A stretch of DNA of 35,651 nt from Chiloscyllium plagiosum. Its lineage: Eukaryota. Shown piece by piece: positions 35,455-35,651 of this stretch. Position numbers and translations under genes: made by a program. Position 1 is the stretch's first letter; every line of letters starts with the position of its first letter. The stretch is taken from NCBI RefSeq assembly GCF_004010195.1, contig NC_057752.1:62001-97651 (forward strand), in the 5' to 3' direction. Below the pieces are notes generated by a model, which saw only the letters and a program-made list of their open reading frames with translations, had not been told where the DNA came from and ran no database searches.

Positions 35455-35651
35455 AGAGCTGAAAATGTGTTGCTGGAAAAGCGCAGCAGGTCAGGCAGCA
35501 TCCAAGGAGCAGGAGAATCGACGCTTCGGGCATGAGCCCTTCTTCAGGAATGAGGTAAGTGTGCCAAGCAGGCTAAGATAAAAGGTAGGGAGGAGGGACT
35601 TGGGGGAGGGGTGTTGGAAATGCGATAGGTGGAAGGAGGTTAAGGTGAGGG
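35455..35651 (-). mobile_element. terminus of a longer PLE of the fold-back family, running out of the window
   Basis: same arm as copies A-E; hammerhead at 35517-35551 has GAAG in place of GAAA; continues into UTR-like sequence that is purine-rich on +. Confidence 0.85.

Overview
Eukaryotic, repeat-rich vertebrate DNA; the repeat families suggest a cartilaginous fish, probably an orectolobiform shark (inference). The only host gene I can support is PAN2 (USP52, the poly(A) nuclease subunit) on the minus strand. Eleven consecutive internal coding exons (35081 to 1171) have GT-AG boundaries and matching phases, and run from the start of the pseudo-USP domain to the first DEDD exonuclease motif. 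The introns hold CR1 LINEs, SINEs, Tc1/mariner-type MITEs, a solo LTR and several Penelope-like elements (PLEs). The most striking structure is a set of PLE-derived insertions carrying minimal type I hammerhead ribozyme motifs. These include five ~165-220 bp fold-back insertions flanked by 12-15 bp target duplications, whose inversion junction always lies within the hammerhead. One copy places an intact hammerhead core on the PAN2 sense strand. Also notable are a head-to-tail array of tRNA-derived units and an inverted MITE pair tightly bracketing an in-frame 429-nt four-exon block (circRNA geometry). Repeat boundaries without a target duplication are approximate. Comparisons to human PAN2 and repeat consensuses are from memory, not from a search.
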